A DNA stretch of 64,000 nt, taken from the IMG/VR virus record IMGVR_UViG_3300015371_000014, positions 1-64,000 of that record; one strand, written 5' to 3'. The notes under the pieces are model-generated. The model saw nothing but the letters and a program-made list of their open reading frames with translations. It was not told where the DNA came from and did no database searches. A program made the translations under genes and the position numbers. This document shows positions 27,285-38,400 of the stretch, in pieces. Source of the stretch: a virus. Numbering within the stretch: the stretch's first letter is position 1; each line of letters opens with the position of its first letter.

Positions 27285-27669
27285 TCGCTACGAGCTATTC
27301 CTGCTCTGCGAACGCTGCAAGATCTTTTCCAATATGTCGCCATCCACGGCTGCGGGACTGTATCTCCAGTTCCCGCCCTGGATATGCCTGGAGATCGACA
27401 AGGGACTCGCTCAATACGTGCGCTGGTATGAAGGGCGCATGGAGGCCACAGAGAAGTCTGGCAAGTACAAGACCAGACCGAAATTCAAGACCCTGGCTGA
27501 TGTCCTGGGGATTAACGAGCAGAAGGCTCGCGGTGGAATGAGTGGAGCCGATCTGAAAGACGTTTCCGGCGATTACAAACAAGCCGTGATCGCCGCCGCG
27601 AGACAGGGTCTTCCGGCACCGGATATCAACGAATTCTTAGCAAAGCGCAATCAACCGCTAGAGAGTTGA
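27271..27669 (+). CDS. Chaperone extension (T-like), +1 frame
   Basis: Overlapping open frame with no good RBS; ends just before the tape measure. Confidence 0.55.
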   Translation, partial: GFLSNRYELFLLCERCKIFSNMSPSTAAGLYLQFPPWICLEIDKGLAQYVRWYEGRMEATEKSGKYKTRPKFKTLADVLGINEQKARGGMSGADLKDVSGDYKQAVIAAARQGLPAPDINEFLAKRNQPLES

Positions 27670-27679
27670 CAGGTGTCAA
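27666..27679. promoter_or_regulatory. Palindrome TTGACAGGTGTCAA
   Basis: Contains the TGA stop and abuts the tape-measure ATG. Confidence 0.85.
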
Positions 27680-30600
27680 ATGTGGCTCGACGGAGGCGGG
27701 GCTAGTCTAGGAACAGCCGAAGGCCGTATCACCATTGATGTGTCTCAGGCGCAGTCTGCCCTGGGATCTCTGGGGAGCGACCTGAGCGCGTTCGATTCGA
27801 AAGCCGCCTCTGTCGGGTCCACCACCAATCAATTCACCCAGTCCACCGTTGGCCTAGCCCAGGGCATGCAGAATGTCGGGCGTGCTACCGCTGCCCTGGG
27901 TGCTGGTATCTCTGCTCCCTTCATTCTGGCAACCAATTCCGCAATGGACATGGAACAGCAGATGGCGAACGTCAATGCTGTGATGGACATCAATGCGGAG
28001 CAATACCAACAACTCTCCGATCTGGCCCAACAACTTGGTAAAGACACGGCATTTACCGGCACGCAGGCTGCTCAAGGCATTGAGGAGCTAGGTAAGGCCG
28101 GTATCGACTTTGAAGACATCATGGCCGGGGCGGCAGCTGCCGCTGTGGACCTTGCTGCCGCTGGTGGGGTCGATGTGCCAAAAGCTGCCGATACGATGGC
28201 AGCGGCCATGCAAGCCTTTGATGTTTCGGGGTCGGATGCAGCACGCGTGGCTGACGTGCTGGCCGGTGCTGCCAACGCTTCCCTCTCTGATGTCAACCAG
28301 TTAGGAATCGGCCTGGGTCAGGTCGGTGGTGTGGCCGATGCGGCAGGAATGTCGCTGGAAGAAACTGCCACCTTCATGGCCGTAATGGCGAACAACGGTA
28401 TCCGTGGTTCTGACGCTGCCACCTCGATGAAGAACGCCATCCTGTCAATGTTGGCCCCCACCGACAAAGCTCAGGAAATCATGGACAACATGGGCGTTTC
28501 GGTTCTGGATGCTTCTCATAACTTCAAGGGTCTGGAGGGTGTCTCGCGAGACTTCTTTGAGGTCTGGAAAGACTCCGGTCAGACCATGGAGCAGTTCCTC
28601 GATCCCCTCACCAAGGTGCTAGGCCGGGATGCCGTCCGCTCCATTCTGTTCGGTATGAAGGCGATTCAGGACGAGCAAGATGGACTTGATTCTGGTTGGA
28701 GTCAGATGGAGGATCAGGTCACCAAGGTTGGCTCAGCGCATGAGATTGCTGCTGAGCGGATGGACTCCACCGCTGGCTCAATCGAGAAACTCAAAGGCTC
28801 CCTGGACGTGCTTGGCGCGGCCATGGGTCAGATGAACCTGGATATCATCCGTGGTCCCATTGACGCCCTGACAGAATTCGTCAACAAAGTGGCAGAGCTT
28901 CCCCCGCCCCTGCTGGGGCTGGTTGGCACCATTGGCACCATTACCGGAGCGGTCGTCACCCTGGGTGGCGCATTCCTGGTCGTTGGCGGCTACGTCTTGG
29001 AGGCTGTGGCTCGCTTCGGAGCCATGGGGATCTCGCTCGGAGAGATTGCTGGCATCGTCGCCAGGATCGTGGTTGGTCTTGGCCTGTTCGGTGTGGCTGT
29101 CGCTGCCGTGGCTCTGGCAATCAATACGAACTTCCTGGGTGCCCGTGATGCTATCGAGGCAGTCGGCAACGCCATCCAAGACCTGATCGATAAATTCAAC
29201 CTCTTCTTCAACATCGGCAAGGCAGAGGCAGGGGACCAAGGTCCACAAGGGAAGGGGTTCTTCTCCGAACTCGCCAAGAACATCTCTGCGGTTGGTCGAG
29301 CTATCGATGCTACCACTGGACTCGATGTCTCTGGCTTCTTCGATCAAATCGCTGAAGGCGCGGATGTGCTTGATCGGTGGCGGGTGGGTCTGTCTCACGC
29401 TGCCGACATGATGAAGATCTACACCGATGACTCCAAGCGCATGACGGGAGCCGGGAAGACCATCGAGGCTCTGGGAAAGACCATCGATAAGATCTTCGGC
29501 ACGGATGTCTCTGGTGCATTCCGCACTGCTGCTATTGGCGCGGATGCCTTTGGTCAGGCAATGCAGATCTTTGCTGCTGATGGTACCCTGGAGGGACTCC
29601 CCCGCCTCCTAGAATCCGTCTCTATCGCCCTTGAAGCGATGTTTGGCGACAATGCGTTCTCTGATGCTCTGAGCGAGATGTCTGCCAATGTCAAGAGCGT
29701 CCAAGACGCGTACCAGAGCGCTTTGAGTAACGGACTGAATCCGTTTGAAGCCGCTATGCGAGGCTTGGGGGTTGCGGCCCAGATCGCGGGGTTTAATGGT
29801 CTTGCTGATGCTATCGATCATGGCACGAACACCCTGATCGATTTCGGTAATGCCTTTCAGACTGCCCAGCAAGCGATTGCTCAAAAGGGAATCACTGGTC
29901 TGCCGAATGCCATCCTGGCGCTCAATGACGCCATGGAGCAGACCATTGGAATTGGCCTACCTGACTTCCTAATCACTGCTGCTGATGCTATGGCGGCATT
30001 CCAGACCGCGATGAGTAATGGTCTGGAGCAGGGACTCAATCCGTTCCAAGCCGCGCTCAAGGGTGTGGGCGCGGCAATTGGTTCTGTCTTCGGTCCTGAA
30101 GCTCGCGCCAACTTCTTCGCCTTTGTGGACGTGATGGGCCAGCTTGGTGACGCTGTTCAAGGGCTTGTCTCACAGGGCGTGGATCGCGTTGGACAGATGT
30201 TCTCTGAGATCGGTACTGCGCTCTCTCAGGGAGATCTGTCAGGTGCGCTTGATGCAGTCAAGAGTCTTCTCGCTGATATCGGCACAGAACTCCAGAAGGC
30301 TGGTCAAGCGGCCCTGGAATGGGCAATCAATATCGGCGTCCCTGAACTGACTGGATGGGCGAAAGATCAAGCTGGCAGGGTCGGGGAGTGGATCAAAGAG
30401 AAGTTAGGACTGGCGGCTGGATTTGCCGGTCAAGTTCTGGGTCAAGTTCAGGGTTGGATTATCGAGGTTGGTCTGCCGCAACTCGATGGTGCTGTACGAG
30501 ATCTTGTTGGCACGATCAGACAAGAGCTTGATAAGTTCATCCCTAAGGCTGGCGAGGTTCTTGGGAACGTCGCTGGCTGGGTGATCGAAGTTGGTATTCC

Positions 30601-33600
30601 TGCAATCAAGGCCGCAGCTGGGGAAGCGGGATCGATTAAGGATCAGGTGATTGCCTGGGTCGGTGAGCAGATCGTCTTCCCTGATATCTCTGAACTTCCC
30701 GATATCCACACCAAGGTAGAAGCATTCGCCAACGATCTGGGTCAGAACCTTGCTCAGCTTCTCGCTGACGCCATGGCAACGATTCGAGCCGCACTCTTTG
30801 GGGGTGGCGCTGCCGGTGGCGGTACGGGTGGTGGACTGACGAATATTGCCAAGGGAGAAAACGCGGGACTCTTCAATGGGGTTGAGGCTGATGCTAGGCA
30901 ACTCGCTGGCACCATTATCGATGGCTTCCTCCGTGGCTTGGCAGCTGGGTTTGCTGAAGGCGTTGGACAGGATAATGTTGCCACCTTTATTTCTTCCGGC
31001 GATTTCGAACCCCTGAAGGCACAGATCCTGAAGGCGCTGGGAGACTTCGCCAGGACTATCCCTGGCGATCTCGAAGAACTCGTAAACAACACCAAGACAG
31101 AGCTTGGCAACATCGTGGCCGGGTTGCTGGATATCGGTTCCTGGTTGGCTGAGTCAGATGCCCATGGTCCCGTGGGTCTTGGTGGCGCTCCCGGCCAGGG
31201 CCTTTCTCGGGGTGCGGTCGATATCCAGCAACCCTTAGAGGAAATGTTCGCAGGCATCGTGGACGCGGTGAAGACCGCCGCTGCTGGTCTGGGGGATAAG
31301 ATCCTGGCGGTCTTGCCGGATCCCTTCGCCGGAATTGGCTCATTCCTACAAGAGAAGGCTGATGGCGCAGCAATCCTTATTCAGGGTGCTTCAGACACTG
31401 TCACCAAGGCCCTGAATGATCTCTTGTTGGGTATTCAGGAAGTCTTTGGAACAGCGAGTGGTGGTGGTGGTGGTGGGGCTGCTCCGAATGCTGTCCCCAT
31501 TGGGAAGGGTGTCACTGAAAATGTTATGGGCCAGTATGCCGATGGGGCCGTCCAGGGTGTGGACGAAGGCGCAACCACCCTCCAAGACCGGGTCGGAGCG
31601 GCAGCAGCGGCAGCAATTGACCTTACTGGAAACTTCCTCCCGATTGGCCCACTCCTAGAGAGCGCTCTTCAATCCACTGGTGCGGAAGCGGCTCCAGCCG
31701 TTGAAGATGGGTTCTCGCCATTTATCGATGGGGCGACGGCTGCAACGGCCACCCAGATCGAAACAGCAGGATCTCAGATCACGCAGGCAGCGGCTGATGC
31801 CGCACCCGGTTCTGTGGAGGGCATTGGCGCAACGCTTGACTCTGCTCTGGCGACGGCAGTTGATGGCATCACCCTTCAGGCCCTCGCAGAGGCGATTGGA
31901 GCCAAGATCGGTGATGCGGTAGTGGCTGGTCTAGCTTCTGCCTCTGGGGGAGAGGCACAGGCTGGTCTTTCTGCTGGGGCAGGAGCTTCCGCTAACATCG
32001 GTACTCAGATCGCCAGCGCCCTTGTTTCCTCGATTCAGGGAGCCGACTTCTCTGCGGTCGGCACCGCGATCTCTGGCAAGATCTCCGAAGCACTCTCCGC
32101 TGGATTTAGTCAGGCCGAAGCAACTGGCCCCTCCACGGCTGGTATCGATATCGGCTCTCAGATCGCCCTTGCTCTGGCCGGGGCAATCACGAACTCTGAC
32201 TTCACGGTTGTCTCTCAGGCGATTCAACAGAAGATCGGCCAGAGCCTCTCTGGTGGCACGGGAGGTACTCAACAGACCACCGATACCTCTGCTGCCGCAG
32301 GAGAGGGTGCAACGATTGGAGCTTCGATTGCCGCCACGCTGGCGAACTCCATCCTGGGATCTGACTTCTCCGTGGTGGGACAGGCGATCAACCAGAAGAT
32401 CTCCGAAGCGGTTACCGCCGCCACAACTGGAGGAGCGACCGCTGGTCTTGGTGGCGCTCCTGGTCAGGGTGGTGGTGGCGGGGGTGACGTTGCTGCTGGG
32501 ATCGTTGCCAACATCATCAGTCAATTCCAATCCGCGAACTACACCCCCATCGGCGTGGCACTGGCAAACGGTATCAGTGCTGCGGTCCAGGGCACCCTAG
32601 GGAACGTCCAGGGATCTATCGGTACGGCCATTGGTCAGGTGATCGAGTCAGCCTCTGCTGCTGCCGAATCCGCCAACAGCGTTGGGGTGATCTTCGATGA
32701 GGCCCTGGCAGGAGGCATTACCTCAAGCTCTGGCGTGATCGACATGGCCGGAACTGCCGCAATGACTACTGCGGTGACTTCCGCCACAGCCATTGCCTCT
32801 GCTTCTCAAACAGTCGGTACGGCATTCACGACGGCTGTAGGAGCCGGGATTGGTGCTGGGACTGGCACGCTGACCAGCGCGGCCAGTGCGGCCATGACTT
32901 CCACCACATCCGCCGCCACCGGCATCGCCAGTGCGGCGGGGACAGTCGGTGAGGCATTCGATACCGCTGTTGGAGCAGGGATCGGTGGTGGTGCTGGAAC
33001 GGTGATTGCGGCTGCTGAAGCGGTGATCAATTCTGCTGTGGCGGCAGCAAGTGCCATCGCGACCTCCGCTGGGGGATCGATTGGTGCGGCCCTCGATCAA
33101 GGTATCGCTTCTGGTATCGGTCAGAACGCTGGTGTCGTTACCGCCGCAGCGGAAGCGGTTGTGAACGCAGCGGTGGCCGCAGCGGCTGGAGCCGCAGAAA
33201 CCGGATCCCCATCGAAGGTGATGATTCGCGAGATCGGCATCCCGATGGGTGAAGGTATCGCGGTTGGTCTTAATAAGGCTGGACCCAAAGTCGAGAGTTC
33301 GATGAAAAAGCTCGTCAGGAGGGTCGTTGATAGCATTAAGGACATATCACCCGTTATCGACGAAATCAACGCGCTAGGGGCGCGTTTTGAGCCTCTGGCG
33401 GGCCTCTCCAGTATTGGTAGTGACCTGACAGGTATTGCCTCCTCGATCCAGGGCAAGATCGACTCCGTGAAAGACTCGATGAAGTCGATCATGGATGCGG
33501 CCAAGGATTCCCTGCGGGAGGGCAAGAAGAAGATCAAGGATGACTCCACGGCGTTTGGGGACTCCGCGACCTCTGGCTTCTCTGATGTCCTCAAAGCCAA

Positions 33601-35428
33601 GAAAGACATGCTCAAGGCGGCGAAGAAAGACACCCTGTCCGGTGTTCTCGATCTCCAGAGCATCTCTGAGGATATTGGTGGCTTGCGGGATGCCGCGAAT
33701 CAGATTGGGACGTTCGGAGGGATCAACGATTTCGAAGAGCAGATCACCGGCATGGCGGATACGCTGGAGACGGAGCAACAGAACGCCATCCAAGATGCCC
33801 TCCATCTCTTTGACAGCCTGGATCAGCAACTCGAGAAATCCAAGAAGCGACATCGGAGCAAGGGTCGCGAATCCGGTAAGGAGATCGGGGATGGCCTTTC
33901 AGAAGGCATGGCTGACTCAACTTCTTCTATCGAGAGCGCCACTCAGGCCCTGGGAGACACAGCGGTTACCAGCCTGAATGCCAACCTCTCCCGCCTCCCA
34001 GAGATGGCGCAGGCTATTGGAGAAGCGACCGGACAAGGGTTGTCTACTGGGATGGAAAGCGCCATGCCAGCTGTTGGCAACACGGCGCAGGATCTGGGTG
34101 ATTCTGTTTCGAGCGGTATGGACGCCGCCTCCCCTGGGATGACAACCTCCGCGAGTGACGCCACTCAGCAATTCATCGATGCGGTGAACAAGAACCTCTC
34201 CAGTGCCGTGCCGGGAGCGGAGAAGATCGGCAGCGACCTGGGCACTGCAGTTTCGGATGGCACCACCAAAGAGATTGCCACGAGCGATATCTCTAGCTCG
34301 ATCAATACGTTCGTGAATTCCCTGATCCAGTCAGCCCAGTCTCGCGTTGGTCAGGTGACGAACACCGGAACGCAAGTCGGGAATGCGTTTGCGGATGGCG
34401 TGTCAGCCGCTGACCCAACCAGCGAAGGCAAGAGCCTGATCGATGAGGCCACCCGTGGCATTACCAGTGGTATTCCGAATGCCACCAGTACGGCTGAGAA
34501 CGCAGGCCAGGATATCGGTGGGGCAGTTACCAACGGGGTTGAGGATGCCTGTAAGCCCACCAATACCGCTGCGGCTGATCTCACTAACTCCTGTATCCCC
34601 CAGGGTATTGATAGCGGCGTTGGTACGGCTACCCAGTCTGCGAAGAAAGCTGGCGACTCGATTACGGATTCCCTGAAGCAAGGTCTTGATGGCAAGAAGG
34701 GTCAGGTCCAGAACGCCTTTGACTCTGCCGGTAAAGACTTCGGGGCCAAGCTGGCATCCTCGATCACCAGCAAGACAACAGAGAATAAGAATGCGGTGAC
34801 TGGCCTCACTGGAGCGATTGGTGGGATCAACGCCAGTGGCGAAGGAAACAAGGTTGGTTCCAGCTTCGGTCAGGGTCTGGCGGATGGCATTCGGAGCAAG
34901 AAGGCCGACATCGAGAGCGCAGCCAGGGAAGTGGTGAAGAATGCTGAGGATGCTGCCAATGATGAATCGAAATCCAAATCCCCCTCGCTGGTCTGGATGG
35001 AGCTTGGCCTCAATCTGATGGCGGGTCTGGAGAATGGTATCAACGATGGAGCCAGGGGTGTTGAGGCAGCGATTGTTTCCTCGACGCGAAGCTTCGCTGA
35101 TGCCATGAACAGCACCAGCCTGAACGCTGCCACAAACAACTTCAATAACCGCATGGACGATGTGGTTCTCACGACCAAGAAGGCCCTGAAAGACATCGAG
35201 GCATCGACAGAGAACTCAAGCCTGCGAGACTTCTTCGATGCTGAATCGCGTAAGAAGCAAGCGTTGAGCAGTCCTGCGGCTCCTGTTGCTGCACCCAGCA
35301 AGAGCGAGAAGCCAAGTGTGGCAATTGGCACGATCTCGATTGATGCCAGCAGCCCGGTGGGACAAGCTATCCTGAATGCGACAGATCTCCTGCAGGCCAC
35401 GACGGGCCAGTACACAAGGAAGTTCTAG
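27680..35428 (+). CDS. Tape measure protein (TP901-type N-terminal core), 2582 aa
   Basis: AQQLGKDTAF...ELGKAG, GIRGSDAATS, two SPS motifs, Ala/Gly-rich repeats. Confidence 0.95.
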   Translation: MWLDGGGASLGTAEGRITIDVSQAQSALGSLGSDLSAFDSKAASVGSTTNQFTQSTVGLAQGMQNVGRATAALGAGISAPFILATNSAMDMEQQMANVNAVMDINAEQYQQLSDLAQQLGKDTAFTGTQAAQGIEELGKAGIDFEDIMAGAAAAAVDLAAAGGVDVPKAADTMAAAMQAFDVSGSDAARVADVLAGAANASLSDVNQLGIGLGQVGGVADAAGMSLEETATFMAVMANNGIRGSDAATSMKNAILSMLAPTDKAQEIMDNMGVSVLDASHNFKGLEGVSRDFFEVWKDSGQTMEQFLDPLTKVLGRDAVRSILFGMKAIQDEQDGLDSGWSQMEDQVTKVGSAHEIAAERMDSTAGSIEKLKGSLDVLGAAMGQMNLDIIRGPIDALTEFVNKVAELPPPLLGLVGTIGTITGAVVTLGGAFLVVGGYVLEAVARFGAMGISLGEIAGIVARIVVGLGLFGVAVAAVALAINTNFLGARDAIEAVGNAIQDLIDKFNLFFNIGKAEAGDQGPQGKGFFSELAKNISAVGRAIDATTGLDVSGFFDQIAEGADVLDRWRVGLSHAADMMKIYTDDSKRMTGAGKTIEALGKTIDKIFGTDVSGAFRTAAIGADAFGQAMQIFAADGTLEGLPRLLESVSIALEAMFGDNAFSDALSEMSANVKSVQDAYQSALSNGLNPFEAAMRGLGVAAQIAGFNGLADAIDHGTNTLIDFGNAFQTAQQAIAQKGITGLPNAILALNDAMEQTIGIGLPDFLITAADAMAAFQTAMSNGLEQGLNPFQAALKGVGAAIGSVFGPEARANFFAFVDVMGQLGDAVQGLVSQGVDRVGQMFSEIGTALSQGDLSGALDAVKSLLADIGTELQKAGQAALEWAINIGVPELTGWAKDQAGRVGEWIKEKLGLAAGFAGQVLGQVQGWIIEVGLPQLDGAVRDLVGTIRQELDKFIPKAGEVLGNVAGWVIEVGIPAIKAAAGEAGSIKDQVIAWVGEQIVFPDISELPDIHTKVEAFANDLGQNLAQLLADAMATIRAALFGGGAAGGGTGGGLTNIAKGENAGLFNGVEADARQLAGTIIDGFLRGLAAGFAEGVGQDNVATFISSGDFEPLKAQILKALGDFARTIPGDLEELVNNTKTELGNIVAGLLDIGSWLAESDAHGPVGLGGAPGQGLSRGAVDIQQPLEEMFAGIVDAVKTAAAGLGDKILAVLPDPFAGIGSFLQEKADGAAILIQGASDTVTKALNDLLLGIQEVFGTASGGGGGGAAPNAVPIGKGVTENVMGQYADGAVQGVDEGATTLQDRVGAAAAAAIDLTGNFLPIGPLLESALQSTGAEAAPAVEDGFSPFIDGATAATATQIETAGSQITQAAADAAPGSVEGIGATLDSALATAVDGITLQALAEAIGAKIGDAVVAGLASASGGEAQAGLSAGAGASANIGTQIASALVSSIQGADFSAVGTAISGKISEALSAGFSQAEATGPSTAGIDIGSQIALALAGAITNSDFTVVSQAIQQKIGQSLSGGTGGTQQTTDTSAAAGEGATIGASIAATLANSILGSDFSVVGQAINQKISEAVTAATTGGATAGLGGAPGQGGGGGGDVAAGIVANIISQFQSANYTPIGVALANGISAAVQGTLGNVQGSIGTAIGQVIESASAAAESANSVGVIFDEALAGGITSSSGVIDMAGTAAMTTAVTSATAIASASQTVGTAFTTAVGAGIGAGTGTLTSAASAAMTSTTSAATGIASAAGTVGEAFDTAVGAGIGGGAGTVIAAAEAVINSAVAAASAIATSAGGSIGAALDQGIASGIGQNAGVVTAAAEAVVNAAVAAAAGAAETGSPSKVMIREIGIPMGEGIAVGLNKAGPKVESSMKKLVRRVVDSIKDISPVIDEINALGARFEPLAGLSSIGSDLTGIASSIQGKIDSVKDSMKSIMDAAKDSLREGKKKIKDDSTAFGDSATSGFSDVLKAKKDMLKAAKKDTLSGVLDLQSISEDIGGLRDAANQIGTFGGINDFEEQITGMADTLETEQQNAIQDALHLFDSLDQQLEKSKKRHRSKGRESGKEIGDGLSEGMADSTSSIESATQALGDTAVTSLNANLSRLPEMAQAIGEATGQGLSTGMESAMPAVGNTAQDLGDSVSSGMDAASPGMTTSASDATQQFIDAVNKNLSSAVPGAEKIGSDLGTAVSDGTTKEIATSDISSSINTFVNSLIQSAQSRVGQVTNTGTQVGNAFADGVSAADPTSEGKSLIDEATRGITSGIPNATSTAENAGQDIGGAVTNGVEDACKPTNTAAADLTNSCIPQGIDSGVGTATQSAKKAGDSITDSLKQGLDGKKGQVQNAFDSAGKDFGAKLASSITSKTTENKNAVTGLTGAIGGINASGEGNKVGSSFGQGLADGIRSKKADIESAAREVVKNAEDAANDESKSKSPSLVWMELGLNLMAGLENGINDGARGVEAAIVSSTRSFADAMNSTSLNAATNNFNNRMDDVVLTTKKALKDIEASTENSSLRDFFDAESRKKQALSSPAAPVAAPSKSEKPSVAIGTISIDASSPVGQAILNATDLLQATTGQYTRKF

Positions 35429-38400
35429 TGGCGCGGTACATCGTCGGCAAAAAGATCAACGACTTCTCTGGGGCCAGTGATGGTGCGTATGGGACGAATG
35501 CGTTCCATGCCCAGTATGCCGGGAAGGTTCGCACTCCTGGTCGTGTCGTTGGTGCGGGAGGATGGCTGGGTGGAGACGGCGTTGCCGTTAACCGGGCCAA
35601 GCTTGCTGTGTATTCGGGAGAGATGGCCTGGGATCCGCAGAATTCTTTGACCCCTCTGGCATGGTTCAAAGCTGATGCAATCACTGGGTTAGTGGATAAC
35701 GATCCCGTGGCATCCTGGGCAAACCTTGGCTCATCGGGAGCCGCCGCCACGAATGGAACCGGCGCACAGCGCCCTCTCTATAAAACCAACATCCTCGATG
35801 GGAAGCCGGTTGTCCGCTTTGATGGTTCGAATGACATCCTGACCGCGACCGGCGTCAACATCCCCGCCATCGCTTCGATCTTTGCGGTGTTCAAGACGCC
35901 CTCTAGTGGGGCGTCAGAGAAGGTTGTTTACGCAAGCACCGGAAACAATCACTCCCTCAGCCTCTTCCAGGTGAGTGCTTCTGACGCCACGATGGTTCAG
36001 CTTCCTTTTGCTCCTCAGTACTCCACTATCGAAGCACTCAGTACCTGGGAGATTCATTCCAATATCTACAACACCACCGTCTCACGGGGCGCTCGTAATA
36101 CTGTCAACTCTGCCAACTTTAGTTTGGGTACCTCTGGGGTTACAGCGGCGAACCTGAGCATTGGCGCGGCGATTGGTGGTTCTCTTCCTGCCGGGATCGA
36201 TCTGGCGGAACTGATCATCTTTAACACCGCTGTCGATCTCCCTACTCAGTACTCTATTGAAGGGTACCTTGCCTGGAAATGGGGCCTAGAGGGATTACTC
36301 CGCGCCGATCATTATTATAAAATCCTTCCGCCTATCACAGGTCAGGACGATCCTGTCAACGAGGATCCCTACAAACTCCTCCTAGAAACCAGCGAGTTCT
36401 CCATCCAGAACATCTGGAATGGCGAGCTTACGGGTGGAAAGAACTACGAAGCAGAAAGCAATCTTCCCTGGACCCCTGCAGAGATCTCCGCCACCCGTAT
36501 GAAGTACTGGTTTGCGGCAGACAAATTGACAGGTGTCAGCAGCGGAGCGGGGATTCCTCAACTCACAGACTTCTCAGGCAATGGAAACCACGCCACGCAG
36601 GCCACAGGAGCCAATCAGGCGACCTACCTCTCGAATGCTATCAACGGCCTCCCAGGGGCCAATTTTGATGGTGTGAATGACTATTACAACCTCCTTGGTC
36701 CGTCCTCGATCTCGATGAGTCAATCGATCTTCGTGGTCATCAAGGCTTCGGATCAACCAATCGATCAAGCACTGATGACCTTTGCCGATAACAATGGTGG
36801 CCTTGGTTTTTATATCAATAGCACTGGGTTCCCTGCCCTCTACAAACAGGGAACTGGGAATATCCTGGTGAGTGGGAACGCCGCTCCCGATAACGTGTTT
36901 TGTATTCTTGCCGCTAACTTTGTCCAAGGTGCTGCTGCAATCTATGTCAATGGTAACGGTTGGGGCGGAACGCACTCGATCACTCTTAGCGCTCCTGCGA
37001 ATGGGTATCTGATTGGATGGTCTGACAACAACTCTCCTACAGGGCCGATTGCCGAAATCATCATTTTGCAAGAACCCTATCTCAAAGACACCGCTGAGCA
37101 TTACCGGATTGAGGGCTATCTCTCTGCCAAGTACGGCATTGCCCTTCGTACTAATCATCCCTATTACAACAACCCTCCCAAGCTGCGTGGTCCGGTGGTG
37201 CTTGAGGGGCAAGATCTCTTCGTCTCTGTCGCGGCAGCGGATGGTTTCTTTCGCGCTCCTGCCCGGTATGAAGCTGGCCGGAAGATGTGGATCCAGCCCA
37301 CGTCGGATATCGATGCTCCTGATCCATGGGATTCTCCCTTTGAACACACCACTGAGAGTCTGTATGAAGTAGAGAACTTCATGTATGCCGTGGTGGAAGA
37401 GAATCGCCCTCCCGTTGTGACTTCAATGTCTCCTGGTAATGGGTCAGTGGTCAACACGAACAAGCCAACGTTTTCTTTCTCGACCACTGACCCTGATCGC
37501 ACTGATGGGTTTTTGGATTACATCAAGCGCAGCGTGATTCGTGTCTTTGAGAAGTTCAAAGACGGACTCAGTTATGCGGGTCAGATCTCCTATACCCCAT
37601 CAATCATTCCTTCTGCTGGGTATACGCCAGAAGCGACGAGTTCAACTACATGGCCCATGTTCGTGCCATCGCGAGATCTCGCTAACCGGATGACCTCGCA
37701 ACTTCAGAGCCTCTCGATCAATCAAGCCGATCTGACGGCGGTTGCTCTCTGGGGAGATCAGTCAGGGAATGGGAATACCGCGATCCAGAATACCGCTGGC
37801 AACAAGCCCACGTATCGCACAGGTCAGATCGCTGGCTTAGGAGCAGTTGACTTCGATCACCTCACCGCTGATTACATGAACATGGCGACGGTATCTGCCT
37901 CTTCAAGAGATGAGGCAATCTTCGCTGTGGTGAGAGTAGATAGTCTTAGCGGTACGCTCTTCCGCATCATTCTTGGCCCCAGTGCAGTTGGTGGTCGTTT
38001 TCTGGGTATTGACACCACCGGGCATTTGCAGTGGGGGAAGTGGGGGACAACCGGGGTTATCTCAACCCCAACAATCACGACGGGTCAATGGGTCATTGTT
38101 CATGCGGTTGTCACACCTAACACGATCAGGTTAGGTATCAATGGGACAGTTGATAACTTTATCGAATCCACCGCACTCACATCCTCACTAACGACAATTC
38201 TTGGGGCAGGAGTCATCGGCAGCGGGGTTGAGCAGTATTTCGATGGCATGATGGCTGACGTGATCCGCATGCCAGCCTCTGATCTTCGCCCTGGTGACGA
38301 GGAGAGAATCGTTGCCTACCTTGCTCATGGGTACGGACTGACCGCAAACCTTCCTGCTGCCCATCCTTACAAAACGATCTCTCCCGGCCTCCGCATGACC

